Assembly: GCA_963692915.1 (NCBI GenBank)
Contig: OY843584.1
Span: 704,001 to 768,000, forward strand
DNA from: Cenarchaeum sp.
GTDB lineage: Archaea; Thermoproteota; Nitrososphaeria; Nitrososphaerales; Nitrosopumilaceae
Direction: 5' to 3'
Length of the DNA: 64,000 bases
The notes under the pieces are model-generated. The model did no database searches, was not told the origin of the DNA, and saw only the letters and a program-made list of their open reading frames with translations. The position numbers and the translations under genes were made by a program. This document shows positions 39,292 to 48,266 of this stretch, piece after piece; the stretch's first letter is position 1, and every line of letters starts with the position of its first letter.

Positions 39292-40422
39292 ATGGATCGC
39301 CACGGATTTGACGGCGTGGACATACCCCACATGGACATTGGCCCGGAGACCGGAATAGCGGAGCTCGTCGAGGCCTTTGCGCAGAGCGGCTACAACGCAA
39401 GGCAGCTTGGTCGTGCTGCCCACATATGGGGCGAGATGATCCGCGAGGGCGCAACAATATGCCTCACGATGTCTGGCGCAATGTCACCCGTTGGCCATGG
39501 CGGGATCATAAAGTCACTAATCGAGCGCGGGTTTGTGGACTGGATAGTGACCACCGGCGCAAACGTGTACCATGAGGAGCACTTTGCATGGAATCTGCCT
39601 GTGCGCCAGGGTCACGCCGACGTGGACGACATGGTTCTCTATGACAAGGAGATTGTGCGCATACGTGACGTTTTCATAAAGTTCTACGAGACGCTAGAGT
39701 CCCAGGATCAGATAATCCAAAAGATGTTTCACGACAAGTTTACTGACGCGCCGTTCACCACTGCAGAGTTTTGCAATGAGATCGGAAGGGTGAGCTCAGA
39801 GTTTGCTCCGCATCCGGACAAGAGCTTTGTGGTGGCCGCGCACAAGCACGGCGTGCCGCTATACGTGTCCACGCTAAAGGACTCGTCGCTTGCGCTCAAC
39901 CTTGCGGTTCACAGGCTGCGAGGAAAGGAGTACAATCTCGACATTGTGCGCGAGATAATAGAGCAGGCCGCAATTGTGTATGATGCGGACAAGTCCGGCA
40001 TTGTGGAGCTCGGAGGCGGAGTCCCAAAGAACACCGCACAGCAGACCGGCCCTCTCCTAGACCAGATTCTCCGGCGCGGGGACGGCGGGCAGGACTATAT
40101 CATACAGGTGACTGACGCGAGGCCTGACACAGGAGGGCTCTCTGGCGCCACACTGCAGGAGGGCAAGAGCTGGGGAAAGGTCCATGACGCAAACCGCGGA
40201 ATGGCAACCGTGTATGCTGACTCGACGATAGCGTTTCCCATACTTGCGCTCTATGTCATGGCAACGCAAAAGGCGCGAAAGCCGCGCCGCATCTATGACA
40301 GGCTAGGCGAGCTGTACGCGAAGCTAAGCGACGACTATTTTTCTGGAGATGACAGGTATTACGACATCCTAGATGACTCGTACCGCCCCAAGCGCAACAT
40401 GCCGCACGGCAGCCGATCCTAG
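39292..40422 (+). CDS. Deoxyhypusine synthase family protein
   Basis: TTGANVYH, GGGVPKN, GGLSGATLQEGKSWGKV, DSTIAFP. Confidence 0.9.
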   Translation: MDRHGFDGVDIPHMDIGPETGIAELVEAFAQSGYNARQLGRAAHIWGEMIREGATICLTMSGAMSPVGHGGIIKSLIERGFVDWIVTTGANVYHEEHFAWNLPVRQGHADVDDMVLYDKEIVRIRDVFIKFYETLESQDQIIQKMFHDKFTDAPFTTAEFCNEIGRVSSEFAPHPDKSFVVAAHKHGVPLYVSTLKDSSLALNLAVHRLRGKEYNLDIVREIIEQAAIVYDADKSGIVELGGGVPKNTAQQTGPLLDQILRRGDGGQDYIIQVTDARPDTGGLSGATLQEGKSWGKVHDANRGMATVYADSTIAFPILALYVMATQKARKPRRIYDRLGELYAKLSDDYFSGDDRYYDILDDSYRPKRNMPHGSRS

Positions 40423-40631
40423 AACTTGTCGTACCTTGCGCGCTCTAGGGCGCGGTCGTCCTTTGTCTCCTTTTTCCACTCCTTGTAGTGGGTCTTGCAC
40501 AGGACGGCCTTTTTGCCGGACGCAGACAGGCTCAGGCCTGCCTCCTCGACCCTCTTTGTGTTGATGGATCGCGATCCCTCGTCGTCGCACCCGTCGACAT
40601 TGCAGCGCGCCCCCTTTGACACAACTCCCAT
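40419..40631 (-). CDS. Small zinc-binding hypothetical protein
   Basis: MGVVSKGARCNVDGC...LCKTHYKEWKK. Confidence 0.7.
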   Translation of the reverse strand: MGVVSKGARCNVDGCDDEGSRSINTKRVEEAGLSLSASGKKAVLCKTHYKEWKKETKDDRALERARYDKF

Positions 40632-40717
40632 GGGAGGCGCCGCATGGGTAGCCATATTTATAGATGGAATCACCGCTGAATTACCGTTTATAAGGGGAGA
40701 TCCTGCGCAGGGCACGC

Positions 40718-41089
40718 ATGGGCGGAGCCAAGAAAAAGTCATCGGCACAGCAAGAGAAGGCGCAGACTGGCGACTCGGCAAAGGTGTCAGGCAAGAAGGG
40801 CAAAAAGTCCGGCAAGGACAAGGAGGCCACGTCATCCAGGGCAGAGATATCTGTCATACTGCCCGAGGCGCAGGCAGACAAGATAGTCAGGGGCGCCAAG
40901 GCCATAACGGTTCTCGAGCTTGCCAGGCAGGCAGGCGTAAAGGCGTCGGCGGCAAACGCATACCTAGTCAACGCCACCAGGGCAGGCAAGCTCAGAATAG
41001 CCGGCGGGAACAGTGGCCACCGCGTCTATGCGGCGGTGAGCAGTGTGAGCACGTCTCCGGCGGCAAGCGAGCCCAGCTCGTCGGCATAG
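40718..41089 (+). CDS. rps25e: 30S ribosomal protein S25e (eS25)
   Basis: MGGAKKK N-terminus, Lys-rich, AITVLELARQAGVKASAA wHTH. Confidence 0.8.
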   Translation: MGGAKKKSSAQQEKAQTGDSAKVSGKKGKKSGKDKEATSSRAEISVILPEAQADKIVRGAKAITVLELARQAGVKASAANAYLVNATRAGKLRIAGGNSGHRVYAAVSSVSTSPAASEPSSSA

Positions 41090-41415
41090 TCAACCATTCT
41101 GCCCAGCGGCGACATCTCCTGTGCTGGCGCGACGTCTGATGCAACAAAGCAGACGCTTCCGGCCTGCGGATAGAACGCAATGTCCCCACGTCTAAACGTC
41201 CCCCTTGGACGCTCGACGCCGGACTGGAGACCCGTCTCAAGGTAGACGATCGAGGTGCCCAGACGGTGCATGTTGCCCGATATGGGCAGTGAGCGCGCGA
41301 TTAGGCCAACTGTGGCCGGCGAGAGGTGCCTCTTTAGCTCGCAGCGTATACGCACCCCGGAGGAAGACTCGAGGATTAGACGCACAGCAGACGGCGCGGC
41401 GCTCAGCGCAGGCAC
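41026..41415 (-). CDS. Cyclophilin-like fold protein
   Basis: LSPATV..IARSLP, GDIAFYP, CF, PLG. Confidence 0.7.
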   Translation of the reverse strand: MPALSAAPSAVRLILESSSGVRIRCELKRHLSPATVGLIARSLPISGNMHRLGTSIVYLETGLQSGVERPRGTFRRGDIAFYPQAGSVCFVASDVAPAQEMSPLGRMVDYADELGSLAAGDVLTLLTAA

Positions 41416-41518
41416 GCCTCACAAGGGGCGAGATTTTGGGCGTGGGCGCCCATACGGAGTGCCACACGGGCAAGTAATTAGAATGGGATATATAACCGTT
41501 TTTTGACGCTGCGTGTGA

Positions 41519-41998
41519 TTGTCCAGTCAGACTGCTCCGGAGCTTGACCCTAGTGTGGGTACAGAGTCCGAGGAGGACGAGCTCGAACACGTCGAGGACG
41601 CAGGTCTTGCAAAGGCCATAGAGGCATATCGCAAGGCAGCCGGCGAGAATCTCAGTGACGAGCAACGCGCCGAGGTCGAAAAGCGCGTCAGCGAGATGAT
41701 GAGCCGCGAGATTATCGAGGTTGACGAGGCTCACGTTCCCGTCGAGATACCAGTTGAAAAGTCCAAGGTGAGCGTAGGTCCGCCCACGCTGACTAGGTTT
41801 GAAAAGGCTCGCATCATCGGCGCGCGTGCGCTGCAGCTCTCGCTTGGCGCACCACCGTTCATAGACATACCCAGCACAGCCCACACGTCACTCGACATAG
41901 CGATGAAGGAGCTTGAGGGTCGAGTTCTTCCAATAGTCATAAAGCGTGTGCTGCCAAACGGCGACTATCAGAACATACCGCTAGATCACTTTGCCTAG
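41519..41998 (+). CDS. rpoK: RNA polymerase subunit K (Rpo6) with acidic N-terminal extension
   Basis: LTRFEKARIIGARALQLSLGAP...IAMKEL...LPIVIKR. Confidence 0.93.
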   Translation: MSSQTAPELDPSVGTESEEDELEHVEDAGLAKAIEAYRKAAGENLSDEQRAEVEKRVSEMMSREIIEVDEAHVPVEIPVEKSKVSVGPPTLTRFEKARIIGARALQLSLGAPPFIDIPSTAHTSLDIAMKELEGRVLPIVIKRVLPNGDYQNIPLDHFA

Positions 41999-42411
41999 GG
42001 CTGCGCGTCGCCGGCCTTTAGCAGCATACTCTCGCACTCTTTGCATATCTTTTCATCAATGTTGGACTCTAGCTTGTGGTGTATCTCGCATATGAGAAGG
42101 CTAGAGCGCACATAGTTGCACATTCCGATAAACATCGAGAGGCTCGATGGCGTGTATGCCATGTCAGAGGCGAGCTTGTTGCTCAGCTCTGTGAGCATTT
42201 CAGACACGCGATCCTCGGCGAGGAGCTTGTCTATTAGCCGCTTGTCCCCACGCACGCCACGGATATAGTTACTCACGGCAGCCTGTGTAACGCCGAGCAT
42301 TTTTGAGATCTCGTCCTCTCGGATCTTGTGATCCCTTGACAGCTTTTGCGCTAGAATCGCACGAAGGGCAGGTATGAGCGTCTTTGACTCGATCTCTGCA
42401 GGGAGGAGCAC
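41995..42411 (-). CDS. HTH transcriptional regulator with C-terminal Cys/His site
   Basis: LLPAEIE..LIPALR, GVTQAAVSNY, CEIH...CKEC; GTG start. Confidence 0.8.
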   Translation of the reverse strand: MLLPAEIESKTLIPALRAILAQKLSRDHKIREDEISKMLGVTQAAVSNYIRGVRGDKRLIDKLLAEDRVSEMLTELSNKLASDMAYTPSSLSMFIGMCNYVRSSLLICEIHHKLESNIDEKICKECESMLLKAGDAQP

Positions 42412-42468
42412 GTCACGCGTGCCACGCATGAAAGCATTTAAAGTTATCAGCGTGTCTAGCACCGTGCT

Positions 42469-43452
42469 ATGAAAGCGCACACGGGACAGGGCAGGGTGAC
42501 CGAGGTCGCCATGGCCGTACGGGCCGCAGTGACCACGGCCGTCGAGTCGTGTGGACACGGCACGATCGCGCTCTCTGGCGGCCTGGACAGCTCGATCATT
42601 GCCGCGCTGCGCGCCGGCTCGACGTCAACGAGAACCATAAGCGTCATCGCCGGAGACTTTGAGTCACCAGACATGGCGTACGGCCAGGCAATGGCCCGCC
42701 ATGCCGGCCTCGAGCACGAGATTGTCAATGTCAGCACCGTCGAGGCCCTTGACGCAGTTGAGGAGGCCACAAGGGTGCTCGGGACGTACAGCCCCATGGA
42801 GATACGGAGTGCGGCAGTCATCTGCATCGTCCTGCGCGCCGCGTGCCGCTCCGGCGCAGGGCTTGTGATAACCGGTGATGGGGCCGACGAGCTCTTTGCG
42901 GGGTATTCGTTTCTCGCAAGGGCGCCGCGCGCACAGCTCCGTGCGCGCCTCAAGAGGCTGCAGCGAATAATGCACTTTCCCTCAATGAAGATGGCCGAGG
43001 CCATGGACATCAAAATGACCTCGCCGTACCTCGACAGGGGCGTAGTCGAGGTGTCACGCACGGTTCCTGAGGACATGCTTGTCCACGGGGAGGGCGATGC
43101 GCGAGTGGGCAAATGGATACTGCGAAAGGCCTTTGAGCGCGACGTTCCCCACGAGATCGCATGGCGTCAAAAGGTACCAATGTCACGCGGAGCCGGACTC
43201 GACGGCCTGGGCGAGTTTCTAAGCAGGGCAATGTCTGATGGCACGTTTGCCGAGAGAACACGGCGCATACTTGAGGATGACGGAGTGCGCATAAGGGACA
43301 AGGAATCGCTCCATTATTACGAGGTACGCAAAAAGTTCCATGACGTGCCAGTCCACGCTTCTGATGGTGCGCCAGAATGCCCTGACTGCCATTCGGACGT
43401 GAGCGCCAATGACTCGAGGTTTTGCAGGATGTGCGGCAGGTTTCCGCTCTAG
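42469..43452 (+). CDS. Asparagine synthase C-terminal (PP-loop) domain protein with Zn ribbon
   Basis: LSGGLDSS, TGDGADELFAGY, KWILR, CPDC...CRMC. Confidence 0.85.
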   Translation: MKAHTGQGRVTEVAMAVRAAVTTAVESCGHGTIALSGGLDSSIIAALRAGSTSTRTISVIAGDFESPDMAYGQAMARHAGLEHEIVNVSTVEALDAVEEATRVLGTYSPMEIRSAAVICIVLRAACRSGAGLVITGDGADELFAGYSFLARAPRAQLRARLKRLQRIMHFPSMKMAEAMDIKMTSPYLDRGVVEVSRTVPEDMLVHGEGDARVGKWILRKAFERDVPHEIAWRQKVPMSRGAGLDGLGEFLSRAMSDGTFAERTRRILEDDGVRIRDKESLHYYEVRKKFHDVPVHASDGAPECPDCHSDVSANDSRFCRMCGRFPL

Positions 43453-43595
43453 GCTCTCTTGGACCACTTGCGTGGCTTTTTTGCAAAGATCTTCATGCAC
43501 CCGTTGCAGCAGAAATAGTACTTTTTCCCATTATGCTCGTGAACAAGCGCAATTTCCTCGTCTAGCTCTATTCCACACACAGGATCTACCGGCAC
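43449..43595 (-). CDS. YHS/TRASH domain protein
   Basis: DPVCG...YYFCCNGC. Confidence 0.85.
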   Translation of the reverse strand: MPVDPVCGIELDEEIALVHEHNGKKYYFCCNGCMKIFAKKPRKWSKRA

Positions 43596-43864
43596 GTCCC
43601 ACACATGGACAATTTTGCTATTTATAGATATGCTGATTGTCGCCATTACTGACCCACAGGCAAGAGGCAATGCCTTCCTGGCTAGTCATTTACGCGAGTC
43701 AGCATGACCTGCGCTGCAACTGTGCAACCCTGTTAAGTCGGGTATGGTTATATTATGGGATGGGCAAAAGGGCGACGAGCAAGCCATGGAACCCACAGCT
43801 GATCATAAACCCATACGCCATTGTGTGCGCACACTTGTCAGGGCCTGGCCCTAAAGACGGGCGG

Positions 43865-45121
43865 TTGAAATTGGACACGGTATACACTAGCGAGCTAGAC
43901 GGATTTGGGTTCCAGGATCTGTGTGCCAGGATATTCAAAAGGCTGGAATGGGGAGACGTCAAGACATACACCGCGCAGGACAAGGGCAGGGACGTCGGCA
44001 TAGATACGCCGGATGGGCACATAGTCGTAGAGTGCAAGCATCAGCCCGGTTCCACTGTTGGCAGGCCAATAATACAGAAACTCCACTCAGCAACGATATG
44101 GTTTCATGGCATAAAGGGAATTGTTGTCACAACAGGAAGGTTTTCAGACGAGGCCAGGGAGCACGCCAGGGAGCTGTCCAAGAGCATTCCAATAGAACTT
44201 GTTGACTGGCATGAACTCCGCAAGCTGGCACATAGCGCAGGAATCAACATTTACGAAAGCGCCGACAAGATGGTGCCAGTCATATACGGGTACCAGGTAG
44301 ACCATGCGGCGATGCAAAGACGTGTGGTGGAGAGCTTTGACACGTACAAGAGCAGCCCCAGCAGGGCATCGAAACTAGTCAAGATAAATGCGCTGTCGTG
44401 GAACGCCGAGCCCGCATACAGGGTAAAATACGACATTGAAGAGAAATTTGAGACAACGACATACCTGCTAAAAGACCTAAAAGAGCACGGCCAGATCATC
44501 ATGATCGACGGCGCAGGAAAAAAGATGCGCGACAGCGCAAAATACGACTTTGTCAACGTGGCGCCGCTTGTTGACTTTGATGAGATAGTGTCAGGAAAAG
44601 ACTTTTTGCGTGGCACAGACAGCCTCCTAGACCATTTTAGCATTTCGCGGCAGGAGCTCGTCAGGATTGCAGAGGGCATGGTAATTGACGCATATACAGA
44701 AACGATAAGGTACAAGGGCAAGAATAACGTGAGGTATGAGAAACTCTGCGTTCCTGGACGCAAGAGTGTGCGCATTGCAGACATAAAACAGGTCGTAATT
44801 GCCGACTATGACGTCAAGATCGGCATACTGGATCGTGAGATAACGAGACGCGTCATGGACAACACAAAATCGACGATGTTCATTGACGACGGAATCAAGT
44901 GTATAGACTGCTCAAAGAACATCAAGGGCGGCGCGGGTCAGGTCTGCAACACGTGCGGCAACCTCACGCACGCGCGTCGCATGCTTGGGTCATGCGGGTT
45001 TGAGTGCAAGGAGTGCAAAAGGACAATATGCCCCATATGCACAAAGTCATCAAGAAGGCTGCTGTTCTTCAAAAAGAGGCTGTGCGAGCAATGCAGTGCG
45101 GCCCGTGCGTCTGGCACATAG
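43865..45121 (+). CDS. Mrr-like (type IV) restriction endonuclease with C-terminal Zn fingers
   Basis: FQDLCARIF, DKGRD, VECKH, VGRPIIQ, TTGRFS; multiple CxxC; start uncertain. Confidence 0.8.
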   Translation: MKLDTVYTSELDGFGFQDLCARIFKRLEWGDVKTYTAQDKGRDVGIDTPDGHIVVECKHQPGSTVGRPIIQKLHSATIWFHGIKGIVVTTGRFSDEAREHARELSKSIPIELVDWHELRKLAHSAGINIYESADKMVPVIYGYQVDHAAMQRRVVESFDTYKSSPSRASKLVKINALSWNAEPAYRVKYDIEEKFETTTYLLKDLKEHGQIIMIDGAGKKMRDSAKYDFVNVAPLVDFDEIVSGKDFLRGTDSLLDHFSISRQELVRIAEGMVIDAYTETIRYKGKNNVRYEKLCVPGRKSVRIADIKQVVIADYDVKIGILDREITRRVMDNTKSTMFIDDGIKCIDCSKNIKGGAGQVCNTCGNLTHARRMLGSCGFECKECKRTICPICTKSSRRLLFFKKRLCEQCSAARASGT

Positions 45122-45132
45122 TGCCAGGCCGA

Positions 45133-46014
45133 CTACACGACCAGACCCACAACCACTAGCGCTCCGGCGATGCGCCCAAAGAGCACGGTTCTTTGCATGG
45201 CCGGCACGAGGCGCACGGCATCAGAGTGGTGGCGCCGCAGCATTCTGCCCGCAGAGAGCGCCAGCGGCAGGGCGGCAAGTGAGATTGCGCACTCGGGTGG
45301 AAGCGCACCAAGTGAGATCGAGGCGAGAAGTACGACGCCAAACGCGGCCACAAATGCCCAAAAGATCGATGCGGCCGCAGCGCGCCCAACGGTGACGACA
45401 AGAGTTCGCCGTCCGCCGAGGCGGTCGGCGTCATGGTCTGGAAACGACGTGACTAGCAAGACGATCGACGAGAGTATCCCCACGCACACGCCTGCGGCTG
45501 CTGCGGCCTCGCCAATAGCCCCTGTCTGTATGTATGCAGTGCCAATCACTATGAGCGCCCCCTTTGCAGCGACAAAGGCCTCGGCCAGGCCGCTATCGAC
45601 TACCCTTGTGGAGTAAAAGTACACAGATGCCACGGCAAAAGCCAGTATAAGCGCGATTGGCAGCCCGTGCGTGAACACAAAGTACACGCCGGCAGCCACG
45701 CCAAGGCCCATCATGGCCAGGCCCGCGGCCCGAACGGCCCCTGGCGAAAGGGCACCGTCGGTTATAACGCCAGTCCCACCGCTAAACGGCGTCCTCGTCG
45801 TGTGCGCATCGATCCCGCGCCTGTGATCCCAATAGTCATTGAGGAGGTCAACACTTGCGTGAAGCGCAAGGACTCCGGCCAGTGTGAGGATCGCGTCCAC
45901 CACGCTTATTGCATGGCCGCCATGCCAGCTAACGGCAAGGCCTGCTGCAACAGCAATGGCCGAAGCTGCCATAAAGCGTGCTCGTACTGCGCGAAGCCAC
46001 ACCGACACCGTCAT
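45133..46014 (-). CDS. menA: MenA/UbiA-family prenyltransferase
   Basis: NDYWDHRRGID, FSGGTG, PDHDADRLGGRRTL. Confidence 0.82.
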   Translation of the reverse strand: MTVSVWLRAVRARFMAASAIAVAAGLAVSWHGGHAISVVDAILTLAGVLALHASVDLLNDYWDHRRGIDAHTTRTPFSGGTGVITDGALSPGAVRAAGLAMMGLGVAAGVYFVFTHGLPIALILAFAVASVYFYSTRVVDSGLAEAFVAAKGALIVIGTAYIQTGAIGEAAAAAGVCVGILSSIVLLVTSFPDHDADRLGGRRTLVVTVGRAAAASIFWAFVAAFGVVLLASISLGALPPECAISLAALPLALSAGRMLRRHHSDAVRLVPAMQRTVLFGRIAGALVVVGLVV

Positions 46015-46412
46015 ATCAGCGACTCATCGCTCACCGCGAGCGGTTTTCGGTTCCCAAAGCCCGAGTCCTTTTCGTGCCAGAACTTTATCTCCTCTTCGCC
46101 ATATTTCCAGCATAGCCAGACATCGGCATCAAACCTACGTGACGGAAAGTCAATCAGGCCATCATCAATGCCTTTGATCGCAATGCCGGTGTTTTCAAGA
46201 TCTGCAATGGCCGCATAAAACGCGGCGAGTGCAGAGTTTAGCCCCTGCTTGCGAAGCATATACTCGTCGAGTCCAGAGTCCGAGGCGAGTGCCATCTGGA
46301 CTCCCTGTTCTGCGCGCATTACGGCTGTGCGGCACTTTACGATATACTCGTACTTTTTGCTTACTTCCGGAATCGCCGCATTGGCGCTGCTCACCGTATA
46401 GTACTCAAACAC
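46011..46412 (-). CDS. DUF2203 family protein
   Basis: KGIDDGLIDFP...WLCWKYGE..I.FWH..SGF..RKP. Confidence 0.85.
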   Translation of the reverse strand: MFEYYTVSSANAAIPEVSKKYEYIVKCRTAVMRAEQGVQMALASDSGLDEYMLRKQGLNSALAAFYAAIADLENTGIAIKGIDDGLIDFPSRRFDADVWLCWKYGEEEIKFWHEKDSGFGNRKPLAVSDESLI

Positions 46413-46462
46413 AGACGCGCCGACGGAGACGGGCCAATTAAAACCATCGCGACGCACACGCA

Positions 46463-47509
46463 CTAGCGGCGTCGTGCCTTTCGTGGTGCCCTACGCACGG
46501 CCACCTTGCGCGATCCTGCGTGGGTGGCTCCCCGGCGCCGACCAGTCGCCGAGCGCCTTTTCAACCCCCGCGTCCTGCGCGCAGAGACCTTTGATGCCAC
46601 ACGCCTTGCCGGAGGCTTGCGGGCGGCCTTTCTAGGTCGGGCGACCCTGGATGACGCCTTGAGCACACGCGCAGCCTTGGCCCTCTTTGCCGGCCTGCTG
46701 GCGGCCTTTCTGGGTCGGGCGACCCCGGATGACGCCTTGAGCACACGCGCGCCCTTGGCCCTCTTTGCCGGCCTGCGGGCGGCCTTTCTGGGTCGGGCGA
46801 CCCTGGATGACGCATTTACCCTCTTTGAGGCCTTGCGCCCTGCTGACCTTTTCTTTGCAGCTGCGCGCCTCTTCCTCTTGGCTGATGCTGCCATCTCGGC
46901 TCTAATTTTTGCCAGTGTTCGCGATGCTGACTCTTTCTGACGCGATTTGGCGCCGAGCCTCTTTGAGAGCGTATTTGACCTCTTTTTGCCAACAGAGACC
47001 CTGCGCGCAAGCGATGGGCGAGCCTGGCGCTTTTTGCGTATGCGCGAGGAGAGCTGGGTCTTTTCAGACGTAATGGCTGCGATCTCTGCCATTATCTTTT
47101 TGGCCGTTTTTTTGCGAAGGCGTATCTCGTGCTCTAGCTGTGCGATCGTATCAGATATCGAGTTGACGCGCCACATGGCTGAACGGCGCCTGTCCTCATT
47201 TGTCGCTTCGTCGACCTCACGCCGGGCATCACGGTGCGCCTCGCGCTCACGCTCAAGTCGTTCACGGGCGGCATCGATCAGCCTGTTGATGCTGTTTTGC
47301 CGCTCTATTCCTTGTGAAAGTGATGATGAGACGTCAACGAGCGTGTCGTGGGCACCCTGTATGCCACGCTCTATGGCCTGCAGGCCAGACGACGAGCGCC
47401 GTAGCTCGTCATGCTCCTTTTTGAGCTCACGCCTAGTCTTTCGGAGTATTGTGCTAGCATCTGCCTTTTTTTTCTCAAGCTTGGTTGCCAAGTTGACAAG
47501 CGTCCCCAT
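46463..47509 (-). CDS. Coiled-coil protein with a very basic, histone-H1-like repetitive tail
   Basis: Heptad-rich N-terminal part; K/R/A-rich C-terminal tail. Confidence 0.75.
   Translation of the reverse strand: MGTLVNLATKLEKKKADASTILRKTRRELKKEHDELRRSSSGLQAIERGIQGAHDTLVDVSSSLSQGIERQNSINRLIDAARERLEREREAHRDARREVDEATNEDRRRSAMWRVNSISDTIAQLEHEIRLRKKTAKKIMAEIAAITSEKTQLSSRIRKKRQARPSLARRVSVGKKRSNTLSKRLGAKSRQKESASRTLAKIRAEMAASAKRKRRAAAKKRSAGRKASKRVNASSRVARPRKAARRPAKRAKGARVLKASSGVARPRKAASRPAKRAKAARVLKASSRVARPRKAARKPPARRVASKVSARRTRGLKRRSATGRRRGATHAGSRKVAVRRAPRKARRR
46622..46813. repeat. Intragenic tandem repeat, 78-bp unit, ~2.5 copies
   Basis: GGCGGCCTTTCT(A/G)GGTCGGGCGACCC(T/C)GGATGACGC recurs at 46622, 46700 and 46778. 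Confidence 0.9.
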
Positions 47510-47626
47510 TATGTTGTGTGAACAAGGCACATTCGGTTAAGTGACCATTATAACCATGTGTTGACATGTGTGTAAAGAAAGTTAACCGAGAGTGGTCGGA
47601 TCGCAGGGCAGCAAGCAAGCACATGA

Positions 47627-47819
47627 TCGCAGACTGGATCCCAGGAAAACGTCGGGGTATGGACGTGGCAGTGCATAGGCCACAAGACCGGTGCTGTGAA
47701 AGGGCAACACGATGGTTTTCCTGAAGGACCGCCTGCGCCCCCAAGCCGCAGGGGAGACGACCCCGTTCCAAGAGCCATGCTGGATCATGGCGAATCCAGG
47801 CTCCAGCCCAGGTCTGCGA
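47627..47819 (+). ncRNA. Candidate structured non-coding RNA, family unassigned
   Basis: Closing stem TCGCAGAC/GTCTGCGA, 9-bp CAGGAAAAC/GTTTTCCTG, several hairpins; AT-rich promoter-like box at ~47574-47587; strand inferred. Confidence 0.55.
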
Positions 47820-47828
47820 GGCAGGCGC

Positions 47829-48266
47829 CTAGTAGAGCCCCGCGGCCTCTTCCTTGAGGGACTCGGCGCCGCCGTCAGGGTGCTCGGCGGCAATGTGCTT
47901 GTAGAGCGCGAACTTTAGTATCTTGAGGGAGAGGAGCGCACACTTTATGCGAACTGCCTGGAGGTGCTCAAGGCCCAGTTCGGAGAGGAGCTCGCCCTTT
48001 TGGATGGCACGGACGTCCTCTATGCTCTTTCCCTTGGCGAGCTCGGTCAGCACTGACGTGCATGCCATGCAGATCGCACACCCCTGGCCACGGAACTTTA
48101 TGTCCGACAGTTTGCCGTCGGTGAATTTTAGGTCCATGTCAAGGCTGTCGCCACATAGGGGATTGGAGTCATGATGCGTCACGTCAGGGCTGTCGATCTG
48201 TCCAAAATTGAGCGGGTTGCGCGAATAGTCTATTATCATCTCATGGTAGATGTCCGTGCTACTCAA
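47829..48266 (-). CDS. sufU: Fe-S scaffold SufU/IscU
   Basis: NPLCGD, GCAIC, RIKCALL. Confidence 0.9.
   Translation of the reverse strand: MSSTDIYHEMIIDYSRNPLNFGQIDSPDVTHHDSNPLCGDSLDMDLKFTDGKLSDIKFRGQGCAICMACTSVLTELAKGKSIEDVRAIQKGELLSELGLEHLQAVRIKCALLSLKILKFALYKHIAAEHPDGGAESLKEEAAGLY

Noticed and set aside
46622-46813. CRISPR array
   Set aside because: Contiguous in-frame coding repeats with no unique spacers and no cas genes
47627-47819. RNase P RNA, SRP RNA or cobalamin riboswitch
   Set aside because: Diagnostic conserved sequences not found on either strand
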